Below are positions 12,460 through 23,924 of a stretch of DNA of 64,000 nucleotides, piece after piece (position 1 is the first letter of the stretch; each line of letters starts with the position of its first letter). The stretch lies in contig NW_027191407.1 in assembly GCF_041146345.1 (NCBI RefSeq), forward strand, positions 248,001-312,000, written 5' to 3'. The notes below the pieces were generated by a model. It saw only the letters and a list, made by a program, of their open reading frames with translations, made no database searches and had not been told where the DNA came from. Position numbers and translations under genes: made by a program. Origin of the DNA: Neodothiora populina (Eukaryota).

Positions 12460-13204
12460 GTGAGGACGAATGTAAACACGAAAGATGAAGCTGTACGTTA
12501 TATTTGTTAAGGGAAAAGCAATGCTCGTGTTGAGCCACTCTGGTCTGGACGAGACATGGAGGAGACTGGAGTCTTGTCCAAGCGAAAATGCATGTCACAC
12601 TACATTAATCACAGTTTTGCTTTTCCAAGAAGTCGGCATGAGGTACTTGACACAATTGGTGAAGCTCTTTTGGGAACTCTTACCCGAACCGGGAAAAGAT
12701 CCGTTGGACAGGAGAACTCGACTCTGGCATATTCCTGCCGAATCTACATTAATATGGTCATATTAGACAATGAATTTCAAATCATAGGGGACAAAATCAG
12801 ACGAAAATATATATATAAAAGACCTATTGATGCTGTCCACGCCGCATTGATACACGTTGAGCCAAAGCATTCGCTACCCAGACGATACTTTTAGGAACAC
12901 ATAGAACAGTATGATCTATCGTGATGGTCAGTCATCGCTAGACACATTACTCCATACCTACCTTGAAATATCATAGACCCGGAGAGGCAAAATCATTGAT
13001 GTAGCGATTGCAGTTGCTGACCTTGCCCATAGGCCAAACAATGACATCACCCTGCACCGAGCGTGCGTCGGAATTGACGTCTCATTCGGCATGCGGGTCA
13101 GCAGGCTTCTGCTTCACCTTGGGGAAGGAAAAAAAAAAGAACAATAGAACACCCAACTCGCACATGAAAAGCAATAGCAACCCACGAGCCGAGAAATCCA
13201 GTCG

Positions 13205-13993
13205 ATGAACAAGCTCGCCGTGCCCCCCGGGCACACACTCTCGACATTGCGCCATGTGCGCGCCAGCAGATTCACCGCCCTCGCAATCCACAAGCGGCAG
13301 CATCTGCAGCAGAGGAGACATAAATCCAGCCACGACGACGACCAAGCGATTCCGCTGACGGGCTACTACGCCGATATACTAAACGCGTCGGCGAGCAAAA
13401 AGGCCAACGACAAAGATGATGCGCTGGACAAACCGCCGAGGGAAACGCAGCCGGCGACGCACACGGCGCCTGAGCCCCCGGCGGCGGGAGAGTTTCCCAA
13501 GACGGACAAGGAGGAGCGCATCGAGAAGGCGCGTATAGTGTTCGGATCGCGGCTGGCTGGGCCGGTCGAGAGGCGCGAAAAGATCGATGCCGGGTCGCGG
13601 AATATTGCTGGAGTCATGGTGCCGCAGAAGCCCGAGGAGCCGGATAATTGCTGTATGTCGGGATGCGTCAACTGCGTGTGGGACGTGTATCGTGATGATC
13701 TGGAAGAGTGGGCGGAGAAGAGCGCGGAGGCGAGGAAGCGATTGCAGGAGCAAAGAGCAAAGGGTGCCGCTACGGGGACTATGGTTCAGGAGCCGGGCAC
13801 ACCTACGCATGTTGCGGTGAGCATGGATGATGATGGCGGTGGTAGCGAGACTAACTGGGCTGCTGGACTGGAGTCGAGTAGGGAAGGAGAGGACCTTTTT
13901 GAGGGAATTCCGGTTGGCATTCGCGCGTTTATGCGTACGGAGAAAATGCTCAAGGAGAAACATGCCAAGGAGAAGGCGGTGAATGCCTCATAA
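13205..13993 (+). CDS. OXLD1: Oxidoreductase-like domain protein (OXLD1 family), predicted mitochondrial
   Basis: PEEPDNCCMSGCVNCVWDVY signature, C-terminal GIPVGIRAFMRTEKML, Arg-rich N-terminus. Confidence 0.85.
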   Translation: MNKLAVPPGHTLSTLRHVRASRFTALAIHKRQHLQQRRHKSSHDDDQAIPLTGYYADILNASASKKANDKDDALDKPPRETQPATHTAPEPPAAGEFPKTDKEERIEKARIVFGSRLAGPVERREKIDAGSRNIAGVMVPQKPEEPDNCCMSGCVNCVWDVYRDDLEEWAEKSAEARKRLQEQRAKGAATGTMVQEPGTPTHVAVSMDDDGGGSETNWAAGLESSREGEDLFEGIPVGIRAFMRTEKMLKEKHAKEKAVNAS

Positions 13994-14048
13994 TCTTACA
14001 ACTACTAAAAGTCTAGGGGTATCGGATACTTGGGTAGCTGTGCACAAT

Positions 14049-15148
14049 CTACAGCCCGGTAGATTGATGCTTCAGTCTAGACCTCGCCCTCCGCGCTTCC
14101 TTGTCTGCCTTTCGCGCTTGGTTCATACTCGACGGCAGAGCCATGTCTTCTCGTACCCTTCTTTCCAGCGCATCTTTGTCGACTTCGTCCAGCAAGAATC
14201 GACCGAGATGTCCATTCCTCCACCTCTGGATCATCCATAATGCAGTTGCTTCGGTGTCGGGTTCGCCACCTTTCTGCAGACGGCCTGTCTTGGTCGCAAT
14301 GGCGTTCAGCAGCCCCATGGCATCGTTGGTCGGCTGAGAATACTCTTTGTATATATTAGGATCCACAAGATTGATCTTGTAGAGCAGATAGTCTGCCAGA
14401 GCGGTAGGGGGGATGATGGTGTCCTTGACACTACCACAAAGTGCAAGCTTAAGCATAGATTCTCCATCCGGAACATATGGTATGAAAACTCCAGGTGTGT
14501 CTAGCAAGTATACGCCTTCTCGCTCATCAGTTCCCTCCACAATCTTTACACTGGTGGAGATCTTGCGCGTGACGCCGGGCTGAGCACCCGTATGCGCCGC
14601 CTTGCCTTTGTTGACACCTTCTCTTCGTAACGCATTCAGAAGCGAAGACTTGCCCACGTTCGGCATGCCCACGATCATCATGCGCGAACCAGTCAACGTG
14701 GTGCTATCCTTGGAGTGTTCCTTGGCGAAGTCCAGAACCTTGCGCACATCGCGGCGTTCCTTGTGGTCGGAGAAGAGGACTTTAGACGGACGATGCCATT
14801 GCCGGATGATGTTTTCCCTCTAGCTCACAAATCAACTTTTGCTCTTTCTTGCTTTCCGCAGACTTTTGAAGTGAGGAGTTCTACCTCATTGTCTTGTGGC
14901 TTCCCTTTACTCCCGAGGTCGCGCTTCGTATACACGACCAATCGCTCTCTGCCCGCCAGACTGTGTTCGAAGAGTGGATTCCGCGACGTCAGCGGCACTC
15001 GGTAGTCTCGACATTCAATGATCAGGTCGATCTGCGACAGCATCGAGTTCATCTTCGTGAGGCCGGCGCGGTGGTGGCCCAGGAAGTAGGATTTCGTGAG
15101 GGAGTCCAGCGGCGGGAACACCGCTCGCGGTACGAATGTCGTTGTCAT
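14049..15148 (-). CDS. MTG1: Mitochondrial ribosome-assembly GTPase Mtg1 (RbgA family)
   Basis: SYFLGHH, IECRDYRVPLTSRNP, TKRDL, GMPNVGKSS, PGVTR, LLDTPG (circularly permuted GTPase). Intron 14820-14884. Confidence 0.93.
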
Positions 15149-15463
15149 GTCTTTGGCGATTGTGAGGTGAGGTGATGCTCGGACATTTTCATGCCTTTGC
15201 TGCAGAATGTTATATCATCGACTTTCTTGATGCTGGTAGAAAGGCAGAGCAGATGTCATGCTCTACCGCCGAATATCAACCGCGCGGAGATGGAAATCGT
15301 TCCCGCAAGGAGATCTAATCTAATCATATCTGCCTTCGATAAGGTAGTCGATAATGCGTTCGGTGCACTTGGATTTATTGACATGATACAACAATCCCCA
15401 TCACGGGTACCAAGGACCGTCGACAGCTAGGAGAAAAGTCACGTTCACCTAAATATCAGAGCC

Positions 15464-16102
15464 ATGGTTGGCACTTCGACGAGTAAACGAATACTCCGCC
15501 GCCTAGGTTCTACCGCTGGCTCGATTTCACGGCTTCCACTGAGCAGCCCGAGAGCGTGGTCTCGTCAGTTCACTCAGCATCAATGTACACAAGGCCCAAT
15601 CGATGTCCATCAGCTACTCGAAAGACCAACATGGTCTGTTGAAACGCTTCTGCCACCAGCAGACGACGAAGCCACGACCGGAGCAAAAGGGGACACAGAC
15701 CTGCCGAACATAACTTCGAAGCAATTGCACCATCTACTACGCCTTTCTGCTCTCCCACCACCAGCGTCCCCCGAAGAAGAAGCTGAGATGCTCAAGACCC
15801 TGCGGGCACAGCTACACTTTGTAGATGAGATCCGAAAGGTGGACACCACTGGTGTCAAGCCTTTGCAGAGCCTGAGAGACGAAACAGCGGCTGGTTATCG
15901 GGAAGAAGAAGTTGGTTTTGTTGACTTGAAGGACGCTTTTGAGCAAGAGGAGATCAAGGGGTCTTATCACAAGAAGATCAGACGGAGACAGGATATGCCC
16001 GAGGACACGGAAGGCGCAGCGGTCTGGGATGTCTTGGGCTTGACGAGAAAGAGAGCTGGTCGCTACTTTGTCGTCGAGGGCGGCAAAGCCGGCACCGAGT
16101 GA
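15464..16102 (+). CDS. Mitochondrial glutamyl-tRNA(Gln) amidotransferase small subunit (GatC/Gta3-like)
   Basis: Presequence-like N-terminus. PTWSVETLL, ITSKQLHHLLRLSALP, QLHFVDEIRKVDTTGVKPL and C-terminal GRYFVV resemble the GatC-type fold. Confidence 0.7.
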   Translation: MVGTSTSKRILRRLGSTAGSISRLPLSSPRAWSRQFTQHQCTQGPIDVHQLLERPTWSVETLLPPADDEATTGAKGDTDLPNITSKQLHHLLRLSALPPPASPEEEAEMLKTLRAQLHFVDEIRKVDTTGVKPLQSLRDETAAGYREEEVGFVDLKDAFEQEEIKGSYHKKIRRRQDMPEDTEGAAVWDVLGLTRKRAGRYFVVEGGKAGTE

Positions 16103-17207
16103 TCGCAGCGCATAGTATGCCTGCTCTGAACCTCGTCTTACTTACTGTCGGCGCCCTTCCAGCCAGTGTTGGTCAACACGACTACCCAAAGACGTTCACG
16201 CGGCTATATCAATAAAGTGGGCCCATGAACAGCCAGAGCCCTGGCTATCAGACCATGCGAACCGACGTGAACGTTCCAGCTGATGCTGATCCTCGCATGG
16301 CACATTTTTAGATGTGCCAGTATACCTGGCTCACGCGCCCTCCCTCCACTGGTACCCGAGCCGAAGCATGAAACCAAGTCTCGAATCACGCAGTGTATCC
16401 TTGTTCACGATACTTGGACGATCGATCAGCCTCCGTTCAGAGCGACGTTGGGAAGATCTAAATTCACTATGCCAGGGACATGACAACATGGTTCGTGAAA
16501 GGGGTATTACAATTATCTCCGTTCTGCTTTCAGCATCTCCCCCACGAGCGAAGAGATGGAAGAATGAGGGAGATGAAGAAAGTATTCGAGCATGAAAGGC
16601 CACTGTAAAGGCTTACTTCAGGGCTTCAAAAGGGAATATGATCTTCTCCGCTTGGAATCACTTGGGCCGAGCAAATTCACAGGAATCCGTAGCTGCAGTG
16701 GATGAGATACCGTGGCACTGCGTGCGAGAGTATGAATCGTCACCTTGATAGTGAGACCATTACAGTGAAATTGCAAGTCATCATACCAAGAGATTCTTCC
16801 TATCCGACATCATGGTCTAAAATGTCATCTGACGCGCATCGGCCTTGTTGAGATCTATATCCTGTGAAATCCCAGTCAAGGAGGACTCGGAGAGATACAT
16901 TATGTTTCTAGAAGCTTGAACGAACGAACGCGGATCCGTGCCAAGTATCCCGACGTATGGGGAAAGATGGGGTATGGCTCTTATACGAACTTCCTTCCAC
17001 CTCAAGAGGCTGACTAATAAGAGAGCTGCCATTACCAACTCGACTACACACATAATACAGTACGAACAAGTCTGTTACGAAAGGACACGATAACTGTGCT
17101 CTCAAAAAGTCCAACTAAATAGGTAAAACCAGCCCTCACACTGTGCAGGCCAAGCCAGGACGTTGTGTCATCACAATACTAACGACAAGCAGAAGGGGAT
17201 ACATTGA

Positions 17208-17692
17208 ATGTGGCGACGAGCAATAGCCACGGCAACGAAAAGGCCGCTTTCCACAATGTCTACATCCATGACCCCGTTCGAAGATGCGCTGAGAGCAAAG
17301 GTAAAAACAAACTCTCACTTCATTATCTTCTCGTCACTGTAACTATATCTCAGAATTGACATTTTACCAGATTACACAAGAACTAAAACCAACCTCTCTC
17401 GAAGTATTCAACGACTCCCACAAGCATGCACACCACAAAGCCATGGCGGGGGTCACGTCGAAAGAAACGCACTTCCGGTATACCATTCACAATTCAAATC
17501 TGCAGGTCCTGGTGCGCTGACAAAGAATCAAGAGTGAATATTGTGTCGGACGCGTTCAAGTCCAAGATGCAGCCCGCCAGACATCGCATGGTGTATGCAT
17601 TATTGAAAGACGAAATGGCTGCTGAAGGCGGGATTCATGCTCTGCAGTTACGGACTCGGACGGTGGAGGAAGATGCTAAGGCGAATGCGTAA
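17208..17692 (+). CDS. BolA-family protein (Bol1/Uvi31-like)
   Basis: Spliced product MWRRAIATATKRPLSTMSTSMTPFEDALRAK-ITQELKPTSLEVFNDSHKHAHH...ETHFR-VNIVSDAF...ARHRMVY...GIHALQLRT. Introns 17301-17370 and 17478-17532. Confidence 0.9.
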
Positions 17693-18266
17693 CGATTAGA
17701 TACTACCGTAGTGCGGGACTACAAGGAGATTAATGTTTCTGATGAGCACCATTGTATCGTTATACTGAGACTCGGAGGCTGTCTTGGGCTGTGGCACAGT
17801 ATCTGATCTTGACGGATTAACGTAACGTAAGAGGGTTCTGCACCACGGCTGTGTACTGCAGATATGCGACGACATGCAAGGCAGGCAGAGAGTCACGTCT
17901 GATGTCTCGCGCATAGTACCAGGGCCATTCGGTTGCCACTATTGGTTCCCTGCTGATCAATGCCAGCGAGGACTCCCGCTAGACCATTATTTTGATGGTG
18001 CCAACTATCACCACTTCCCAGAACATGTGAGAGTGTCAATTGCCAACGGAGCATGGATAATCATTATCCACAATGCCCATAACGAGGAGCAGCAGCGAGA
18101 GTAGTCGACCTGTGCGGCAGATAATAGCGATAAAGGCGTGGAACCAAGTCATTACTGAGCAGAAGACATCGGCATGTGGTGAACAATGCATATCCCTTTT
18201 CACTCGCAACCTACGAAGAGCAGACCCGCAAAACCTCCATCGCACCCCCAAAGTCCACAATCCCCC

Positions 18267-18798
18267 CTAGTACCCCCTCCCATACGCCGCAGAACCCCCC
18301 CGAAGCGACTTCGCCGACTGCGTCTGATCCTTCCAGTAAGTATACTCCCCACTCCACACCCGCGACCAATAATTAACATCCTCAACCGCGCCATCAAACC
18401 CCCTATTGGCCAACCAAAGCACGAGCACGATCGCACCTCCCCAGAACGCTATGCGCGTCGCGAGGCGCATCCAGAACACCACGGCCTGCCAGAGCATGTT
18501 GAGGACTTTGAGCGAGAGGAATAAAATGACCAGGACGAGGGCGATGCTGGCTAGGTCGGGCTTTTCGATGAATTTGTGGATTATGGGTAGGATGTAGGAG
18601 CGCGCGATGTTGGTCGCTGTCGTCAAGGGCTGCAGGTAGCTCGGGGTCACGTATCCGGCCTGGATCAGGTAGGTCGCCCAATCTGTGGGTTGGGGATGTC
18701 GTCAGCTATGCGCGCATGGGCAGAATAGTAAGTGTGATATGAAATGGACGAGTATTGGGGCTTAGCCATGGATATCACGCACCTTGAATGCCGGCCAT
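18267..18798 (-). CDS. Small two-TM membrane protein, Apq12-like (nuclear pore assembly)
   Basis: MAGIQ-DWATYLI after removing intron 18683-18782. The pattern PDLASIALVLVILFLSLKVLNML...FW resembles the Apq12 family. Confidence 0.65.
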
Positions 18799-19292
18799 TA
18801 TTGCGCCGCTTTTCAATTATATTCTTAGCGGTGTATGAGAGAATGAACCGGTATTCTGCAGCTTTTGTCGAGGTAGCTCGAGTGCTGCTGGTATGAACAG
18901 AGGAAGAGCCTCAGTGGTGTTATTCGAGCGGTTGCGAGGGAGTGAACACAGGATCGGATGTGGATCGTTTATTTATCTACTACTTACTCTGAACAGCAAC
19001 ACAATAAGGTACAGTACCCTGACCTTCACCTTTGCTGTATACAAAGAAGCGGAGTGTAAAGTCCGGTAACCCCGCCAAAAAGTTCCCCCACTCCACTGTC
19101 ACAAGCATTAATTACATCCATCACGCTTTAGAGATATGACGGCTGGACTCGGATGCTCCATCTTCGTTCCAAGAAACAGATAACCACTCGCTCATATCCC
19201 AAGTGATCCCAAAGCACCAGCTATCCCCACTCCCCAAGCCAGATAGAGTAAACAAATAGAAAAGAAAACCCGAGACACAGATAGACCAAAAG

Positions 19293-20268
19293 ATGCCACA
19301 CACCTCCCGGCGCCCACGCCCGCGCCAACCGCCAAAACGCAAGATCCTCGAACAAACCGACGGCTGGTCACGAGTCGAATACACCAGCTCCCAAAACCGT
19401 GCTCAAAAAGACGCGCACGGCAACACCGCCCCCTTGAAAATGCACCTCCCGGCGCGAGACCCAGATCTGACCGTCGACAAAATGCGAGAGGAGCACGAGC
19501 GGGTCAAGAAGAAGTGGATCGCGAGTGATCACCGGAGGAAAGTCAAGGAGGTTTTGGAGAAGCGGATAGGGCCAGAGAAGAAGTGGGATGTGCGCAAGGC
19601 GGTTTGTGTCGCCCTCGGCAGTCTGTGTGTTAATTGGCATACGCGCATACGCAGTGTGTATCAGTTTGCGTTTTTCATGGATGTGGTTGATATAGGTAAG
19701 CTACTGTCCTTACTGATGACAAGTCGCTGCGGAGAGGCCACGGGATAAAGCAAGAGAAAGGCTGACGCCAGCGAGGAGCAATCTAGTGCGTGCGAGCAAC
19801 ACATCCAACGACATACAAGTCTGTGTGCAAGAACCACGCTTCGACCAGCTCGACAGAGACTTTTTCGAAACACTAAACGTCAAAGTCCTCGAGGACCCAG
19901 CCGCCGAGGCAGAGCTCGATGCGACAAGTCTGTTCTTTGCACCTCACCTCGAGTGGGTGTCCGAGATTCCGTACGTGAAAGCCGGCCTCGACTCTCCACT
20001 GTACATCACCGCGAGCGCAAAGTGGATCTATGAACGAGCCGAGCGAGCAAAGGAGACTGGACAGGACCATGAAAGCCCTGAACAATTGAAAGTCTACGAG
20101 GACGCGATGACGGCTGCGTCTGCGCTGCGCGCCAGTCACTATGAAGTCGAGTTCGATGACAACACACGCATGGAGGATTCGCTGGATCTGACGTTTTATA
20201 TCCTCAAGGAACGCGAGGAGGAAGACATTGACGACTTGGCTGCCTCGGTCGAGGAACTGACGGTCTGA
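19293..20268 (+). CDS. SRR1-like domain protein
   Basis: KAVCVALGSL, QFAFF, QEPRFDQLD, LFFAPHLE. Intron 19696-19786 (alternative in-frame acceptor at 19771). Confidence 0.75.
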
Positions 20269-20338
20269 TGGCTTTTCACTTGGCTCGCTGCGGTTTGTGG
20301 CATGTCATTATTGATTGTTGGCTCTGATCGGCCTATTT

Positions 20339-22615
20339 CTACACTATGCTGGCAACGGGCGCAGCAGATTCAGGAGTTGTGCTGACAGGCTCTGGCTCTG
20401 GTACAATTGTCGCTTCCGTGCTCTGCACCTCTTCAGCCTCTGGCGCAGTTTGCTCCTCGCTACTTCCCGTCGTCTCGATCATCGCCGCTTCAGGAGTCGG
20501 AGCCACCACCGCATCGACAATGACTGATGCAGTCTCCTGTTCACTCGTTTCGATCAGAGACAACTTTCCCAGCAATGGCTCTTGCTCGTGCAACTCTACT
20601 TCGCCTTCCGGACCTCCAGCCTTCAGCACGCGAGCTCGCAGTCCAGCTCTTTGCAAAATGTCCTTTTCGTCTCTGTCGAGCCCCCTCATGATCTCGCTGT
20701 TTTCGCTCATTTCGAAGCGCACATGATCGAGAGCCAATTTCGCCCAGTCGTGGTGGCGGGTGCATCGTTTCTTGCTGCAGAGAAAACTATGCGCCGGATC
20801 TGCTTCTGCTGTTGCATTGTTACCATCACCGTTGGTCATGTTGGCGTCTCCGTCTGCATCGATCGAGGTTCGTTGTGCCATGAATGACGGCATGATGCCG
20901 CTTGTGAGACCTTCTCTGGCCTCGGCTGTGGTGCGCCAGGCGTCAAATTCCTCGTCAGTCCACAGCATACGTGTGTCGAAGCCGCAGAATTCTTTTGGCT
21001 TCAGGCCACGTTCTTCGGCAAGAGTGGTCGCTGTCTGCTTGAGCATGGTAATAAACTTCAGACGATCCTTGAGATTACTGTGTTTCTTGCGGGCTGCATC
21101 CTTGCGGTTGATAATGTCAGAGATGCGCTCTTGCTCGCCAGCTGTGAAGTGAGACTCGGGTCTCGTGTCGCTTGGGGCGCGCTGCCGCGTTGGCGATGGC
21201 GTGGCTGGAGGAGAGAGCATATCGTCGCCGAAGCGCTTGAAGTCATCGACCCCGTTCGCCACGCTCACCATGGCTTTCAGCTCGGCAGCACTCAGCACAC
21301 CACCCCTCGGTCCCAGATCCTGGTCCTTGGAAGACAGACCTCTTGTGGCGCCTCTAGTCCTGGCGACGAGGTCCTTGAAATACTGGACTCCGCACGCATC
21401 AGAGCAGTATTTGCTGCTGGACGTATCTCTCTTGCCCTTTTTCGTATTCAGTGCGCTTGGTGTCCTAGCTGGCAAGCGACAGCCGACGCGTCTGCACATC
21501 CTCTTCCATGTAGTCGGTCCCAGCCCGTTCTCTGTGCAGCGTGGACAGACGTAGCGATCAATAAGGCCCTTGTCTCTTTCTGCAATCCCCACACACTTGC
21601 CATGGAACCAGTCATCGCACCCCCCATCACACCCAATCATGAATGTACCGGTGTCGGGCCGCCGACACAGACAGTAAAGCTCTGCATCCGGATCGGGAGT
21701 ACCTTGATCTTCATCGTCGTCCTCTTCTTCGTCTTCGGAATATTGTGGCCCATCGCCGTCTGCATCACCCGAAGCTACGGATCTGGGAGGAGTCGAGGCA
21801 TTGCGAATAGATCGAGGGGCCGGTGAGGAGTTCAAAGAAGTAGAACCCAGCTTCTTTGTGGCAGGAAAGGCGTTTCTCTTAGTGCCTGACTGGGTCTTTC
21901 GCTTCTTCGCGGTTGGTTCCCGTTTAATACTACTCGCAGTACCCTTCTTTCCAGCAGACTTGGGCGGTGGTCGTTTCCTTGGCACCGCGGAGGCCGTGGC
22001 CGAGGAGGGAGGCATTTCTGTAGACTGAAGCGGTACTGACGACTCGCGCAAGGGCGACTGAGCATGGGCGCTGTGCTCATGCTTCAGAGTCGCAAGCGGC
22101 GAGTGAGAGGAAGGAGATGACGTCGTAGGCGCAGATAGCATGTCAACATCTGGTTTCACGGCGGCAGGAACGGGTGGCAATTGCTCCTTGACAGCAGGCT
22201 CGCCAGACATGTCTGCTACATGTGACTGCGATTGGATCGGGGCAAGAGTGAGTTCCTTAGTATCCGCGAGAGAGAAAGATGGGCGCCTGTAGTGTTCAGG
22301 TGATCTCGAGGCGACGTGGTATTGATCTAGAGTAGGCGACGACATTTTGCGAGCATCAGAGGCTGGGGCGGGCTGAGGAAGATCCATGTTGTGTGATGCT
22401 GTCGCAAAGTTAGCATCAATCAAGGGAAATGGCAACGGTAGCTCTGCAATATCTGTGGCCAGTGACGCCGAGGCTTGCATGACATGGCGCTCGTCGTCGC
22501 CGTCGGCAGCTATGTGCTCGCTGTGAACTTGTTGGTGTTCTTGTTGTTGCTTACGCTCGTGGGAATCGTCTTGGGTCATTGGCTCAGGATTAAGTAGTGA
22601 TGAGAGCGACGCCAT
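20339..22615 (-). CDS. SPP1: COMPASS/Set1C PHD-finger subunit Spp1 (CFP1-like)
   Basis: PHD finger YCLCRRPDTGTFMIGCDGGCDDWFHGKC, then CRRVGCRLPAR...SKYCSDACG, FCGFD and CSKKRCTRHHDW. Confidence 0.88.
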   Translation of the reverse strand: MASLSSLLNPEPMTQDDSHERKQQQEHQQVHSEHIAADGDDERHVMQASASLATDIAELPLPFPLIDANFATASHNMDLPQPAPASDARKMSSPTLDQYHVASRSPEHYRRPSFSLADTKELTLAPIQSQSHVADMSGEPAVKEQLPPVPAAVKPDVDMLSAPTTSSPSSHSPLATLKHEHSAHAQSPLRESSVPLQSTEMPPSSATASAVPRKRPPPKSAGKKGTASSIKREPTAKKRKTQSGTKRNAFPATKKLGSTSLNSSPAPRSIRNASTPPRSVASGDADGDGPQYSEDEEEDDDEDQGTPDPDAELYCLCRRPDTGTFMIGCDGGCDDWFHGKCVGIAERDKGLIDRYVCPRCTENGLGPTTWKRMCRRVGCRLPARTPSALNTKKGKRDTSSSKYCSDACGVQYFKDLVARTRGATRGLSSKDQDLGPRGGVLSAAELKAMVSVANGVDDFKRFGDDMLSPPATPSPTRQRAPSDTRPESHFTAGEQERISDIINRKDAARKKHSNLKDRLKFITMLKQTATTLAEERGLKPKEFCGFDTRMLWTDEEFDAWRTTAEAREGLTSGIMPSFMAQRTSIDADGDANMTNGDGNNATAEADPAHSFLCSKKRCTRHHDWAKLALDHVRFEMSENSEIMRGLDRDEKDILQRAGLRARVLKAGGPEGEVELHEQEPLLGKLSLIETSEQETASVIVDAVVAPTPEAAMIETTGSSEEQTAPEAEEVQSTEATIVPEPEPVSTTPESAAPVASIV

Positions 22616-22939
22616 TCTGCCAGTGGGGACTTTGAGGAATTTATGCCATCGTGTCTTGCGTGTCTCTCTCTCTGTTCGTTGTCCTTCCTTCCTTTCTTTT
22701 TAGTACTCTTTGTATTGTATGTGTAAATGAGGATGCGCAAGGGGGCAGTAATAAATACAAGGTAAGTGGAGAAAGTGTGAAGCTGAAGCGCGTTGGCCTC
22801 GCAGCCTCGCGGCGGCGTTGCGGACTTTGCGGATATAAGTCCTCTCGGCGAATACCGCAAGAATATCAAATGGCAAGAGCGAGCAGCGCGGAGAAAGTCA
22901 AGTACCATCCACGGCCAGGTCCATATAGACAATCTCAAG

Positions 22940-23551
22940 ATGATTCAACTAAAGGTGCCGTGCCCACCGTCCATGCATGTCTGCGCGAAACAGAGAACCC
23001 ATCAAAGTGACTGACTGCCTACCAGTCCATGATCAACTGCATCGACAACTCCGGCGCCGCCGTTGTCGAATGCGTTAGAGTGTTGAAGATGAAGAGACAT
23101 GCAAAGATCGGTCAGTGCCTTCTCTTGCTTTTCCTCGCCCTGCCTCTCCCATCCATTGGACCAGCGACCTAACCAACATCTCCAGGCGACCGCATCATCG
23201 TCGTAGTGCAAAAGCAGAGGAACTTCGGTCCGGAATCCGGTGGCGGCGGTGTCTCCGTCAGCGCGGCGAACAAAGTGCGACGGGGAGATATCCGACACGC
23301 CGTCGTTGTGCGCACGGCAAAGAAGTACCAGAGAGAAGACGGCAGCGTGGTCAAGTTTGACGACAATGCTTGCGTGCTTATCAACAAGGGTGGAGAGCCC
23401 ATTGGCACTCGCTTGAACGGTCAGTGCCTGGCGTCCTTGACTTTTTCTTTTCTTGGGTCTGACTGACACTATTGCTGCAGGTCTTGTTGGACAGGAGCTA
23501 AGGAAGATGAAGTGGTCCAAGATCCTATCGTTGGCCCCGATGCACTTGTGA
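22940..23551 (+). CDS. MRPL38: Mitochondrial ribosomal protein uL14m
   Basis: Four exons: MIQLK / [16 protein letters not shown]...AKIG / DRIIVVVQK...[23 protein letters not shown] / [22 protein letters not shown]. Confidence 0.93.
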
Positions 23552-23924
23552 CTGACTTGAACGATGGTATCTCGCTGGATTGTATGAGGCACAGCAGCAC
23601 ATGCACGGTGTTTTGGGCGCAGGTATAACACTACCAGGTTGATCGACGCCGGTGAACGGCTTGTATTTTTGTAACAAATGGACCTTTTTCGAACACTCTA
23701 TCTTCCAACACGTTGTCTTGAAATCGCGGAGCCAATTTGCCGTCTAAGTCTTATCTGCACCGTCGCATCTTTTCCTTGATGCTAATGAGTGCTGCAAGGA
23801 TTCCACTCAAAATCTGATTCTAGTGATTTGACCAAAGGTCAGCCCCTTTCGTAGAACAACTGATTGCAGGGAGGGTACAGCTTCGGTGGTTTTCTTAGGA
23901 CATACCCCAAGACAGATTTTCAGC

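Noticed and set aside
19708..19766. CTGATGA...GAAA...CTGA in the SRR1-like intron as a C/D snoRNA or hammerhead ribozyme
   Set aside because: The CTGA is the intron branch site, there is no terminal stem or recognisable guide, and hammerhead stems cannot be formed.
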